Counted from the first letter of the stretch, positions 47,290 to 57,528 are shown. The stretch: 64,000 bases of DNA from Candidatus Micrarchaeota archaeon (GCA_040753215.1 JBFMEZ010000013.1:69199-133198), one strand, 5' to 3'. Made by a program: numbers and translations. The notes: generated from the letters alone by a model not told the origin.

Positions 47290-47756
47290 GGCCCAGCTAC
47301 AGCCCGTAATGCTATTTTTTTCTTCATCTGCGACAGCACTTTCCTGTAATCCAGATAGTGCGAGAACGCGTTTATCTCCACCGTATAGCTCCCTTCCTTC
47401 GTCAGATTCGAGCCGTAAATCGGAACCGTAAATGTAGCGCTCGCCCCGGGCATTATCTCCCCCAATCTCTTCTCCATGTAATTCTGGTTGCAGCCCACAT
47501 CAAACCCTATTTTGGAGTTCAAGGGGAGGTTCAGGTCCACCGAAACAAGCTGCTTCGTGCCTGTGAGGTTCTTCACCGCTACTTCCAGGAAGATTTTGCT
47601 GTTCCTCTCCGCCTTCAGCCTCAGAGAGCTGAACTTCGTGGAGACGGCAAAGGGCTTCTCCACCGGCTTCGTGGCCATCGGAGCCCCCGGGGCCTCTTCT
47701 TTTGCCGCCTTCCCCCGCTTCTCCTCTTTCCCAAGCAAGAAGTCCAGTATTCCCAT
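47286..47756 (-). CDS. Hypothetical beta-sandwich protein; apparent paralog of 60063-60416
   Basis: Alternating beta-strand pattern; alignable by eye with the 60063 ORF. Confidence 0.6.
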   Translation of the reverse strand: MGILDFLLGKEEKRGKAAKEEAPGAPMATKPVEKPFAVSTKFSSLRLKAERNSKIFLEVAVKNLTGTKQLVSVDLNLPLNSKIGFDVGCNQNYMEKRLGEIMPGASATFTVPIYGSNLTKEGSYTVEINAFSHYLDYRKVLSQMKKKIALRAVAGP

Positions 47757-47834
47757 ATAAACACCTAAGGAAACGTTAGTGCCGTAAATTTTTAACCCTA
47801 TTCATTCGGCAGAACTTAAAATAAGGGGGAGTAC

Positions 47835-47921
47835 CTAACCCTCCTCTTCTTCTTCCTCTCCCCATTCCTCTTCGTCGAAGTCTTCGTCCTCCCAGTCTTC
47901 CTCTTCTTCGAATGCGGGCAT
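47835..47921 (-). CDS. 28-aa hyperacidic microprotein
   Basis: MPAFEEEEDWEDEDFDEEEWGEEEEEEG*, preceded by an AGGTGA ribosome-binding site. Confidence 0.6.
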   Translation of the reverse strand: MPAFEEEEDWEDEDFDEEEWGEEEEEEG

Positions 47922-48010
47922 CTTTTCACCTTATAGTGCCCTATGGAAGGAACGAAGCAAATAAAAAGATATCGGGTGCAATAAATATTAGTTATAATTG
48001 GTTGAGTAAT

Positions 48011-49534
48011 ATGGCTGATAAAACGCTGGCCCCAGTAACACCCATCCCCGATGCGGCTGCTCCGTCCCGCGCCATGAGGGCCTTGAATGCGGTAAGAGCC
48101 TTCGGCAGGCGCATTTTCCACGGGGGCCCGGACCTGTACCCCATCGTGAGCAGGCTGCACTGCGCTGAGCACAGGGCGGACAAGGTATCCCTGATGATGA
48201 GGGGCATGCTCCAGGCAGACCCCCGCCTCACATGCGTTGAGCTGTGGGAGGCGAAGGAGGAAGGGCTCAGGCTGTCCCTCCGGGAAGGCGGTGCGCCCGT
48301 TTCAACGAAGCCCGGGGAGAGGGAATTCATCCGGTTTGAAGACGACCTGCGCGCTTCGAAGGCCAGGGACGGCTTCGTGGTGCTCTTCAACGGCAGGAGG
48401 ACGAGGCTTTTGAATTCCCAGCCCGACAGCTATGCTGTGGAAGACGAATTCAGAGGCATCACATTCGGGGTAGACGGCTGTTTTGTCCCGTTGGGCACCC
48501 TTGCCGGGAACAGGATGGAGACAACCCACGTGCTCGCGGTTTACGGGCATATAAAGCCCAGGGTGAGCAGGCGCAACAGGCAGCTGCATTCGGTTGTTTC
48601 CGCGGCGAGGCTTATCGGCGACCAGATATATTCGCAGGGGATCGCCCAGAGGGCGGAGACAGACTGGCTTACCGGGCTTTATAACCTCAGGTTCCTTGAG
48701 CAGCGGCTCCTGGAGGAAGCAATATACAGCATCGTGCTCAGGCGCCCCGTATCAATAGCTTTCATAGACCTGGACCGTTTCAAGGATTTGAACGACAGCC
48801 TCGGCCATCCAATCGGGAACCAGGTCCTCAGCGAGCTCGGCTCGGCCCTCCGTTCCAGGGGTTCAGGCCTTCCGGCGAGATTCGGGGGGGAGGAGTTCAT
48901 AGTAATGGAATTCGGCCTTTCCCCGGAGATTGCGGTTGAAAAGGCCCTGGACCTGCACAGGTTTTTCAGCCCCCTTGCATGCAGAAGCGACGCGGGGGCC
49001 ATCCAGGTGCGCGCAAGCATCGGGGTGTTCAGCTCTTTCATTTGGGACAGGCTGAGGAAGGTCGATGCCTTGGCACTTGGCTGCAGCGGCATGTCCGAAA
49101 AAGATGCAATAAAGATGCGGTCAATGGCCGAAGAGGTTCTCAGGCTGGTCGGGGAAATGCGTGCACTCAGGCAGGAGGCAGACGCCGAAATCAGGAAGCT
49201 GCGCGAATTCGAGTCCGTCGCCCGGAAATACGGCTCCCTCCATGAGCTGGAGGCAATGCTCAGGCAGGTGAGCGGCCCCCTGAGGGCTTATGCCGGTAAA
49301 TGGCGCGAGCTTATGGTCCGCATCGCGGATGCTGCGATGTATTTCGTGAAAAGCACCGGAAGGGACGGAATCGCAGCACCGGTAATAGACGGCAACGTCC
49401 TTTCCTTCGAGAGATTGAAGTTCAGGGGACCAGAGCCTTCAGCACCTTCAATAATTGAGGGCGACCCGCCACAACTTTCGCCACAGGGCCCGCAAAGTTC
49501 CCCTCCATCACCTTCTGAAGGTCCGCATCAGTGA
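48011..49534 (+). CDS. GGDEF-domain (diguanylate cyclase-like) protein with internal helical insertion
   Basis: TDWLTGLYN, FIDLDRFKDLNDSLGH, ARFGGEEF, ASIGV, ADAAMYFVKSTGRD. Confidence 0.85.
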   Translation: MADKTLAPVTPIPDAAAPSRAMRALNAVRAFGRRIFHGGPDLYPIVSRLHCAEHRADKVSLMMRGMLQADPRLTCVELWEAKEEGLRLSLREGGAPVSTKPGEREFIRFEDDLRASKARDGFVVLFNGRRTRLLNSQPDSYAVEDEFRGITFGVDGCFVPLGTLAGNRMETTHVLAVYGHIKPRVSRRNRQLHSVVSAARLIGDQIYSQGIAQRAETDWLTGLYNLRFLEQRLLEEAIYSIVLRRPVSIAFIDLDRFKDLNDSLGHPIGNQVLSELGSALRSRGSGLPARFGGEEFIVMEFGLSPEIAVEKALDLHRFFSPLACRSDAGAIQVRASIGVFSSFIWDRLRKVDALALGCSGMSEKDAIKMRSMAEEVLRLVGEMRALRQEADAEIRKLREFESVARKYGSLHELEAMLRQVSGPLRAYAGKWRELMVRIADAAMYFVKSTGRDGIAAPVIDGNVLSFERLKFRGPEPSAPSIIEGDPPQLSPQGPQSSPPSPSEGPHQ

Positions 49535-50636
49535 TGGCATTGAAAATGTAGTTTAAGTCGTCGTCGCTCACTTCCTCCATGACCTTCCTGAGCAATAATC
49601 TCTTCGCCACCTTTTTCCCGGGCCCCGCCCTCCACGCATTCTCATACTCCTTGAGCATCTTCTCCGAATAATCCTTCCTTGAGTGCGCCTTCGCCGCCAC
49701 TCCCGCCGCCATTATCCCCGTTTCCATCGCGAGCGCAATCCCGCCCCCGTGTATGGGGTCCACCTGCCTAGCCGCTGTCCCTATGCACATGAACCCATCT
49801 TTCACGAATGATTCTATGGGTGCGCCCACCGAAATCACTCCCCCAAAATCCTCCAGCACGCTCGAATCCTTAAGTTGCGGATGCTCCTGCACAAACTTAT
49901 CCAATAGAACCTTCGGGTCCGCGCCCTCAACGTTCCCGCCCTTCTTCCCGTTATTTATGTGCCCGCCTATCCCTATGCCTACATTCGCCTTCTTTCCGTC
50001 TTTGGGGAATGCCCACACGTAGCCACGAGGTGCCACCCTATTCCCAAAATACAATTCTATCAGATTCTCATGGTCGTAGGGCTTCATCTCATACTGGTAG
50101 CACGTATCCACATCATATAATGTGGACATCGCCCTCAGCCCCGCCTTCCTCGCGACCAGGGATTCCATCCCCTCCGCCGAAACCACCAGCGGCGCCCTCA
50201 CCTCATAGGGCTCCTTCCCCCATTGGGAAACCATCACCCCCTCTATTCTCCCGTCCTTCCTCACCAGATCCGTAACCCGTGAATATGTCTTAACCTTCGC
50301 GCCCTTCTCCACCGCCAGCTCCACCAGCCACTTATCGAAAATCTTCCTTTCCAGCACCCACCCCTTCGTATCCTTGCTCTTCCACGTGATGCTCTTCCCG
50401 TTCGGCGCAACCACCTTCGCCCCCACTATCTCAGTGGAGAAGCACCATCTCGGCAGGTCTATACCCTGCGCGAGCACCTCCCTCTGCCCGAGCCCCTCCC
50501 CGCACCTCACCGGCTCGCCCAATTCCTTCCTCTTATCATAAATCATTACGCCCATTCCGTTCTGCGCCGCAACCCTCGCCATGGACGCGCCCGCAGGCCC
50601 CGCCCCAATTATTATGATATCATAATCGTAATCCAT
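49422..50636 (-). CDS. Digeranylgeranylglycerophospholipid (geranylgeranyl) reductase
   Basis: GAGPAG, PVRCGEG, APRGYVWAFPK, VDPIHGGGI. Confidence 0.92.
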   Translation of the reverse strand: MDYDYDIIIIGAGPAGASMARVAAQNGMGVMIYDKRKELGEPVRCGEGLGQREVLAQGIDLPRWCFSTEIVGAKVVAPNGKSITWKSKDTKGWVLERKIFDKWLVELAVEKGAKVKTYSRVTDLVRKDGRIEGVMVSQWGKEPYEVRAPLVVSAEGMESLVARKAGLRAMSTLYDVDTCYQYEMKPYDHENLIELYFGNRVAPRGYVWAFPKDGKKANVGIGIGGHINNGKKGGNVEGADPKVLLDKFVQEHPQLKDSSVLEDFGGVISVGAPIESFVKDGFMCIGTAARQVDPIHGGGIALAMETGIMAAGVAAKAHSRKDYSEKMLKEYENAWRAGPGKKVAKRLLLRKVMEEVSDDDLNYIFNAITDADLQKVMEGNFAGPVAKVVAGRPQLLKVLKALVP

Positions 50637-50640
50637 CTGC

Positions 50641-50886
50641 TCACCCAGTCGGTTCCCGGTTTCCAGTTTTCGGTTCCCCGGTCCCAGTCTCCTGTTTCCC
50701 AAGTGCCTTTCTCATCTCTATCAGCTTTATGCAGTTCGCCGGGCAAACCCTTATGCATGCCTTGCAGTCTATGCATTTCTCCGGGTAAGTCTTCATCCTC
50801 AGCCCCACCAGCTCTATTGCGAGCACCGGGCAGACCGACGCGCAGCCCACGCACTGTATGCATTTATCGTGGTTTATCTCTATCAT
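50641..50886 (-). CDS. 2x[4Fe-4S] ferredoxin with repeat-derived C-terminal extension
   Basis: CIQCVGCASVCP and CIDCKACIRVCP. Confidence 0.92.
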   Translation of the reverse strand: MIEINHDKCIQCVGCASVCPVLAIELVGLRMKTYPEKCIDCKACIRVCPANCIKLIEMRKALGKQETGTGEPKTGNREPTG

Positions 50887-51058
50887 GCCTTCCCCTTTGT
50901 TCGGATACTTTTTTAAAGGAAAAGACGTGAAAACCATGCCCCTCCATCGTCGCGCACTATCGCCGCAAGATTTATATATGTGTTACAGACCAATAGTAAG
51001 TTGCGTATTTTGGGGAGGAAACTGGTCGCCTTGCCAGCCAGCGCCGCTTGGCGCTGGC

Positions 51059-52123
51059 CTAATTCTGTACTCCCTCAGAAGGAGGGCTGGGCAAATCGGT
51101 TTTCGGTTTTCCGTTACCGGTTCCCTTATGAGTGTGCTGCGTTGACCGCATATACTCTTCGTCCGCTTCAGTAACCAGCCCGGCATCAAGAAGCGCTTCG
51201 TAGGGAGAACCACGGTAGTATCTCACAAGCCAGCCCAGCCCATTCCCCACAAAATCATCCCGGGTCATATCCTTTGGCTCCTTGCCCAACTTCCCCACAA
51301 GCCATCTTACCGCTTCTCTTCTATTTTTCACATTTTGGTAGAATCTTCTCGGCACGCGGGTCATATCCCAGGCATTCAATTCAAACCCGGCATCTCTCAT
51401 AGCCTTGTATGGAGAACCTCCGTAATAATGGATAAGGCTGTTAAGCCCATTCTCCCCAAAATCATCCGTAATTACCTCTTCCGGTTTCTTCCTCAGCTTC
51501 CCCACAAGCCATTTTATCGCCTCAATCCTATTCTCCCTCTTGCCAAAGAACCCTCTTGGCGTTATACTCATCTCCCACGGCTTGACATCAAATCCTGCAT
51601 CCACCAGCGCTTTGTGGGGAGAGTCCCCATAGTATCTAAGAACAGCCCTGAGCCCGTTATCATTGAAGTCATGCCGCATTATTTTGCGTGCGTCGTTACC
51701 CGAAAATGCAATCAACGCCTTCACCGCAGCCCTTCTCACAGTCTCGGAACCCCATTTGTCCTTTGGTATCTCCAAATACCCTTTCTTCAAAAACTCAAGT
51801 ATCCCTTCATCCGTCGCTTTCGCAAGCATCTCTCCAAACCGCTTCAGGGTTTCCCCGCGCACCTCATCGGCATGCTTTCCCCCGTAGGTGGTCCTCTCCT
51901 CCCTTTCCCTGTCCCCATACTGCTCCGCAAATTCCATATACTGCACTCTAGGCGCAAGAACCTTCAACACCTCCTCCGAGCATATATAGAAAGCCCCCGC
52001 CCTCACGACCGCGACCTTCACCGCATCCGGCATCTCATTCTTGCGCTTCGGCATTTCAACTAGTGGTTCGCGCACCTTACTCTGAGTGCTGCCTTTGGGG
52101 GCAAGGTTTATGGTAACCAGCAT
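51059..52123 (-). CDS. Hypothetical protein with three ~60-aa repeats
   Basis: DF..NGL..L..YY.GSPY.AL.DAG motif repeated three times. Confidence 0.7.
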   Translation of the reverse strand: MLVTINLAPKGSTQSKVREPLVEMPKRKNEMPDAVKVAVVRAGAFYICSEEVLKVLAPRVQYMEFAEQYGDREREERTTYGGKHADEVRGETLKRFGEMLAKATDEGILEFLKKGYLEIPKDKWGSETVRRAAVKALIAFSGNDARKIMRHDFNDNGLRAVLRYYGDSPHKALVDAGFDVKPWEMSITPRGFFGKRENRIEAIKWLVGKLRKKPEEVITDDFGENGLNSLIHYYGGSPYKAMRDAGFELNAWDMTRVPRRFYQNVKNRREAVRWLVGKLGKEPKDMTRDDFVGNGLGWLVRYYRGSPYEALLDAGLVTEADEEYMRSTQHTHKGTGNGKPKTDLPSPPSEGVQN

Positions 52124-52166
52124 ATAGTTATTAATTATGTATTAAAGTGTTTAAATAGTTTCCGGC

Positions 52167-52493
52167 TCACCTGTTCGCAACTTTCACCGCAACCTTCCCT
52201 TCCATATCCGCATATTCCCTGCTCAATTTCAAATCCAGCTCAATAAGCTTCTGCACAACCGGGTTTTCTTTGTTTAAGCGGTATAGGGTAGTGTTCCCTA
52301 TCTTCCTGCTCGCCTTCACTATGCTGTATTTCTCAAGCTGCGGCCATATTGCGTACAAAGAAGCCCTGGATACATTCGAGTTCTCCGCAATCTCCGTTTT
52401 CGTGTAGTCGAATATGCTGTTCCCTATGAGGAAGTCCATCACTCGTACGAGCGGCGTGTCCCCAAGGAATTTCACAAACAATGATTTTTCCAT
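52167..52493 (-). CDS. Winged-helix transcription regulator
   Basis: DYTKTEIAENSNVSRASLY..RKIGNTTLYRLN. Confidence 0.8.
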   Translation of the reverse strand: MEKSLFVKFLGDTPLVRVMDFLIGNSIFDYTKTEIAENSNVSRASLYAIWPQLEKYSIVKASRKIGNTTLYRLNKENPVVQKLIELDLKLSREYADMEGKVAVKVANR

Positions 52494-52557
52494 GATACCT
52501 TAACGTTCGTAAGTGTTTATAAATAGATACGTTGAATGTATATTTTGGTGGACATCG

Positions 52558-52833
52558 ATGCCTGAGCTGGAGAACGAGGATTTGATTCCCTGGATTCTTG
52601 ACAAGTTCGCTCGCCATGGCTGGTGGAAGGCTAAACACACCAGCTTCGACAATATCGCGAAAGGCGCACCCAGCCACCTCAAGGATAAAATAGAGGATGC
52701 CGCGAAACAACTTATAAAGGAAAACTTCCTTATCAAAAAGCCGACAGGATACGGATTGGAAGTGAGCCTCAATTTCCAGAGAAAGGATGAGATTTTCTCA
52801 ATAATAGAGAAATGGAAAATAAAAAAGAGTTGA
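52558..52833 (+). CDS. Small basic hypothetical protein divergent from the wHTH gene
   Basis: 91-aa ORF with GGTGG RBS. Confidence 0.65.
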   Translation: MPELENEDLIPWILDKFARHGWWKAKHTSFDNIAKGAPSHLKDKIEDAAKQLIKENFLIKKPTGYGLEVSLNFQRKDEIFSIIEKWKIKKS

Positions 52834-52834
52834 G

Positions 52835-53806
52835 ATGATGGTAGAGATAGACGGCTCATACTTGGAAGGCGGGGGGCAAATAGTCAGGACTTCCCTCTCC
52901 CTCTCCGCCCTCACCAATACTCCCGTCCATATAATCAACATCCGCGCCAAGAGGGACAAGCCCGGCCTCCGCCCACAGCATCTGATGGCCGCAAGAGCCG
53001 TCCGCTCAATTGCAAGGGGCAAATTGGAGGGCGCAGAAGAGGATTCCAAAGAAATCTCATACTCCCCCTCCGGCATAATAGGCGGAAAATACGAATTTAA
53101 TATTGGAACCGCCGGCTCCTCCATCCTCGTTGCCCAGACCATCCTTCCCTTGCTCCTCTCCGCCTCCAAGCCCTCGGAAGTGAAAATAATCGGCGGAACC
53201 CACAACCCCAAAGCCCCAACCTACGATTATTTTGAGAGGGTATTCCTTCCCGCCCTAAAATATATTGGCTGCGAAGTTGAATCCGAAATCCTCCGCGCCG
53301 GCTATTACCCTGCGGGAGGGGGAGAAATCCGCCTCAAGGCAAAGCCCTCCAAGCCCAAGCCCACCGAACAGTGGCACCGCGTTCCGGAATCCCAGGCCCA
53401 GGTGTTAATCTCCCTCGCCAACCTACCCATGCCCATCGCAATCCGGGAGAAGAAAATCTTCGTCCAGGAGAACATAGAGCGCATATATGTGCGCGAAGAG
53501 AAATGCCTCAGCCCCGGGAACGCAGTCCTCGCCTGGAGGGGCTTCGTGGGCTGCTCTGTTCTCGGGGAAAAGGGAAAGAGGGCGGAGATTGTAGGGGAGG
53601 AATGCCTCCAGGGGCTCCGCGCGGAAGGGGATGTGGACGTTGACCACAGGCTCGCGGACCAGCTCCTCATCTACGCAGCCCTGGCCGGAAAAACCTCCTA
53701 CAAAACCTCCCGCATCTCCAGCCACACAGCAACCTCTATAAATATAATAGAGAAATTCCTAGGGAAGAAATTCTCAATAGAGGGAACAACCATAAGAGTT
53801 GATTGA
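52835..53806 (+). CDS. rtcA: RNA 3'-terminal phosphate cyclase
   Basis: DGSYLEGGGQIVR, PGLRPQH, GYYPAGGG, DHRLADQL. Confidence 0.95.
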   Translation: MMVEIDGSYLEGGGQIVRTSLSLSALTNTPVHIINIRAKRDKPGLRPQHLMAARAVRSIARGKLEGAEEDSKEISYSPSGIIGGKYEFNIGTAGSSILVAQTILPLLLSASKPSEVKIIGGTHNPKAPTYDYFERVFLPALKYIGCEVESEILRAGYYPAGGGEIRLKAKPSKPKPTEQWHRVPESQAQVLISLANLPMPIAIREKKIFVQENIERIYVREEKCLSPGNAVLAWRGFVGCSVLGEKGKRAEIVGEECLQGLRAEGDVDVDHRLADQLLIYAALAGKTSYKTSRISSHTATSINIIEKFLGKKFSIEGTTIRVD

Positions 53807-54421
53807 ATGGTCGCGATGCTTGACAAGCCCGGGCTGGCGCTCGCAATCCTTTTCGGCGCAGCCATCCTCATCTTCGGGGGCGCCCCCTACCTCGCGATGA
53901 TGCTGTTCTTCCTCCTCCTCGCAATCGTAGTTACGAAATATGGCTACTACGAGAAGAAGGAGATGGGCATATATGAGCACGACCGGAGCTGGGAGAACGT
54001 CCTCTCCAACGGGCTGGTCCCTGCCATCGCCGCGCTCCTTTCCCCGTCCATCGGCCCCCTCCCATACATTGCCGCCATCGCCGCAGTAACTTCAGACAAG
54101 TTCGCCTCCGAATTGGGGGTCCTCTCCGGCGACCCCATTTCCCTGGACGGGTTCAAGAGGGTGAAGCCCGGCACCTCCGGCGCAGTGAGCGCGCTCGGCT
54201 TCGTAACGTCTCTTGCAGGCGCAGCCCTCGTCGGAATCTCGGCCATTTTCCTTTTCGGCGTCTCCCCGGCCATCGCACTTCTCGTAGCCCTCGCCGGCTT
54301 CGCGGGCAGCATGGCGGATACGCTTTTCGGGATTCTGGAGGAGAGGGGGATGGGCACAAAAGGAACCACCAACATAATATGCGCCGCGGTTGGCGCAGCA
54401 ATAGGCTTCTACATCAGGTGA
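53807..54421 (+). CDS. DUF92 membrane protein
   Basis: RSWENVLSNG, DKFASELG, PGTSGAVS, DTLFG. Confidence 0.88.
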   Translation: MVAMLDKPGLALAILFGAAILIFGGAPYLAMMLFFLLLAIVVTKYGYYEKKEMGIYEHDRSWENVLSNGLVPAIAALLSPSIGPLPYIAAIAAVTSDKFASELGVLSGDPISLDGFKRVKPGTSGAVSALGFVTSLAGAALVGISAIFLFGVSPAIALLVALAGFAGSMADTLFGILEERGMGTKGTTNIICAAVGAAIGFYIR

Positions 54422-55116
54422 TCCGGTTGAAAGCATTCGTACTTTGCGGGGGGAAGGGCACGCGCCTCAGGCCTTACACGGAACAGATGCCGAAGCCCAT
54501 GCTTCCGGTAGGCGGAAAGCCCATCCTGCAGCGCATAATAGAGCATCTTAAGGCGTCCGGTATAAGCGACATCACCCTCCTTGTGGGCTACCTCCGCCAG
54601 GACATAAAGGACTATTTCGGGGACGGAAAGAGGTTCGGCGTGAGCATCTCATATGTTGAGGAAGAGGAAGAGCGCGGGACGGCAGGCGCACTCCTGCACG
54701 CGAAGAAGCCCCGCGAAACCTTCCTGGTGACCATGGGCGACCACCTCACGGACATAAACCTGAAGGAGATGCACGCCTCGCATAAAAAATCCGGCTGCCC
54801 CGCCACAATCGCGGTAATGGAGCACCGCACAAAAATAGAATACGGAGTAATAAAAACCAGAAGAGACGGGAAAGTGCAGGAATTCCAGGAGAAGCCGGTC
54901 CTCGCCCACAAAATCAATGCCGGAATCTACATCCTCGAGCCGGAGATTTTCAATCACATCAGGGAAAGGGAGGATTTCGCCAGAGACGTCTTCCCGCGCC
55001 TCCTCTCCTCCGGAAAATGCATCAACACCTACTCCCTCTCCGGATACTGGCATGACATAGGGAATGTTGAAGAATACGAGAGGGTGAAGGAAAAATTCGG
55101 GGAGAAGGGCCGCTAG
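54418..55116 (+). CDS. Sugar-phosphate nucleotidyltransferase
   Basis: LCGGKGTRLRPYT..PKPML, GTAG, EKP, WHDIG. Confidence 0.92.
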   Translation: MIRLKAFVLCGGKGTRLRPYTEQMPKPMLPVGGKPILQRIIEHLKASGISDITLLVGYLRQDIKDYFGDGKRFGVSISYVEEEEERGTAGALLHAKKPRETFLVTMGDHLTDINLKEMHASHKKSGCPATIAVMEHRTKIEYGVIKTRRDGKVQEFQEKPVLAHKINAGIYILEPEIFNHIREREDFARDVFPRLLSSGKCINTYSLSGYWHDIGNVEEYERVKEKFGEKGR

Positions 55117-56084
55117 GCGCCCGCGTACATGAGGAAAACCGCAAGCCCGACCAGCACCTGCATCCCGATGAATACGAGCACAAGGTTCCTTTCGCTTATT
55201 CCCCCGCTCATTTTCATCACCAGCTGCGCGAACCCCCTCACCTTGCCTTCCACAGGGTATAATTTTCCGCCCCTTATCTCCCCCCACCATTTGCTGCTCG
55301 GGAACCTGTTCCACGCCTTTATGAAGAAGTCTATCACATACAAAGTCAAAATGAGCGCCCCCGCCCCCTCCATGTTCCCTATTATCACCCCTGAGGCCAG
55401 CGCCGCCCCGATTGTAAGGTTTCCCACATCCCCCGGGAAAACCCCCGCAGGGTACCGGTTGTTCATTAGGAATGCAAGGAGCGCGCCCAGCATCGGAAGG
55501 AACAGCACGAGCATCTCGGTCCCGCCGTTAAGGTAAGCCAGCGCCGCCATGAAGAACATTATGACGCTGCCCATCCCCGCTTCCATACCGTTGAACCCGG
55601 CGAGCATATTTGTGAGGTTGGATGCGACCGCCACCCCCACGGGTATGAGCACGATTATGTAGAGCATGCCCAGGTCCACCTGCCCGATGAAAGGTACGAC
55701 TATGGAAGTGCTTCCCGCCGCGCTCACCGCAACCAGCGGAACCGCTGCCGCAAGTGGCAGAAACGCCTTCACGGCCTGCGGCACATCCAATAAATCATCC
55801 ACTATCCCTATGAACCCCATCGCAAGTATCGTCACAAGAGCGGCGAGCACATAAGTTATGTTAAACTGCAGCCCGTTGAAAGTATTCAGCATTATCGCCA
55901 GCAGCACACCCGCTGCAAACCCCGCGATTATCACGAGCCCCCCCATCTCCGCAACTTCGGGCCTTCCCTCCTTGTTCACATCCTTCCCGGTAATCCCGAA
56001 CCTCTTCAGCCTGGGGATCAGTACGGAAGAGAATGCGGCTGTAACAAGGAATGAAAACACCAGGATTGCAGCAAAACTGAGCAT
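55113..56084 (-). CDS. UDP-GlcNAc:dolichyl-phosphate GlcNAc-1-P transferase (GT4/MraY-like)
   Basis: GKDVNK, EMGG, IVDD, NMLAGFNGME, VFPGDVG. Confidence 0.9.
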   Translation of the reverse strand: MLSFAAILVFSFLVTAAFSSVLIPRLKRFGITGKDVNKEGRPEVAEMGGLVIIAGFAAGVLLAIMLNTFNGLQFNITYVLAALVTILAMGFIGIVDDLLDVPQAVKAFLPLAAAVPLVAVSAAGSTSIVVPFIGQVDLGMLYIIVLIPVGVAVASNLTNMLAGFNGMEAGMGSVIMFFMAALAYLNGGTEMLVLFLPMLGALLAFLMNNRYPAGVFPGDVGNLTIGAALASGVIIGNMEGAGALILTLYVIDFFIKAWNRFPSSKWWGEIRGGKLYPVEGKVRGFAQLVMKMSGGISERNLVLVFIGMQVLVGLAVFLMYAGA

Positions 56085-57520
56085 TATCCTCTCCTCACCG
56101 CAAAAGCTCCCGGCAACGAGTACTCCCTCTCCATCCTCAGCCCTTCCGCAAGCACGCTCCCCTCTATCCCCTGCACGTTTATCACCCTGTTCCTGTCGTC
56201 CGCATAGGAAAGGTTCTCATCCAGCATCCTTATCTTTGTGAACGGAATCACCTTTATCCTTACCCTCCTGTCAATGTCTATAAGCTCCGCATCTGCCCTG
56301 TCCACTCTTTCCCCCTGCACCCTGGCCATGAGCCCATACACCTCATTCCTGAATATTGCATACTGCGAATTATCCTGCGCTGTGCTGGTTGCAAGGTAGT
56401 AGAATACATTTGGGCTTTCTCCCGCCGCCTCGTCCAGCGTATCGTATGTGAATATCACGTGCTCCGCCCATTCGCTCCCAAGCGGGTCCAGCACCCTCCC
56501 CTCCCTCCCCGCATAATACTCAAATGCATTCGGGTAGGCGAATATGCCCACATCCCGGTTTCCAGTTTCCGGTTTCCAGTTTCCGGTTTCCAGCTCCGTT
56601 CCAGCCCATTTGTACATCCCCACCGTCTCCGCGGAAGGCACAGGCAGCATCTCTCCCTCGTACCTTTGCGCAGAAATATTTCCCGCCATGCTAAGAACCG
56701 CAACCAGCATCAGAAGAATCGCAGCAGGCTGCGCAACCATCCTCATCTTCATCTCGTACATGAGCATTATCGCATAGAATATTATGAACCCGAATAACCC
56801 TGCTACCGCGCTCCTCAGCGGGTCTGCCTGCACGAAGAATATGGAGAGCGCATAAACCGCCAGGAATTCCAGGAGTATGGGCCTCTCCTTCTCCTTCCAG
56901 AGCTCCGCAAGCCCGAGCGCACTCGTGCATGCAAGTATCGCCGCCCCTACCGGATGGGAGAAGAGGAGCGCAACAAACCCGAACAGCGGCGGCGCAACCT
57001 TGTCCTCCCTCCTTTCCTTTATCCCTTCTACGAACAATGCGAAGGAGAATGGAAGAAGGAGCGAATATTCCCCCACATAGTAATCCACCCCCTTTCCGCT
57101 CCCCAGATAAACCGCCGCGCCCGCAACCACGAGGAGAAGCGCAAGCCCCACCCTCCTGTTCTTCACCGCCTGCGCAACCAATCCGGCAACAAGAATAGCA
57201 GCAGAAGCCCCCACCATCAGAAGGGAGGAAGAGGGGTCCGCAGTGAGCACCGAATTGTTCATCGCCACCGGCGCCGCCACAAGCAGCAATCCCCCAAACA
57301 TGCACTTCCAGTCCGAGAGCCCCACGGTCTTAAGCGCAAAATAAAGAAAAAGGGGCGCAACCAGCACGCCCCCCAGCGCAATGTAATATGCGCTCTGCGC
57401 ATCCCTTATCCCCAGTTCAAGCAGCTTACCGTACCCCTGCTCGGAAACGCCGTGGTAGCCCACCAGGAAGAACCCCAGCGAAAACAGCAAAAGCGCAACC
57501 ATATGGAAATATTGCTTCAT
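56084..57520 (-). CDS. Multi-pass membrane protein
   Basis: About 12 TM segments plus a soluble domain; in-frame repeat peptide LETGNWKPETGNRD. Confidence 0.65.
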   Translation of the reverse strand: MKQYFHMVALLLFSLGFFLVGYHGVSEQGYGKLLELGIRDAQSAYYIALGGVLVAPLFLYFALKTVGLSDWKCMFGGLLLVAAPVAMNNSVLTADPSSSLLMVGASAAILVAGLVAQAVKNRRVGLALLLVVAGAAVYLGSGKGVDYYVGEYSLLLPFSFALFVEGIKERREDKVAPPLFGFVALLFSHPVGAAILACTSALGLAELWKEKERPILLEFLAVYALSIFFVQADPLRSAVAGLFGFIIFYAIMLMYEMKMRMVAQPAAILLMLVAVLSMAGNISAQRYEGEMLPVPSAETVGMYKWAGTELETGNWKPETGNRDVGIFAYPNAFEYYAGREGRVLDPLGSEWAEHVIFTYDTLDEAAGESPNVFYYLATSTAQDNSQYAIFRNEVYGLMARVQGERVDRADAELIDIDRRVRIKVIPFTKIRMLDENLSYADDRNRVINVQGIEGSVLAEGLRMEREYSLPGAFAVRRG

Positions 57521-57528
57521 GCAAACAC

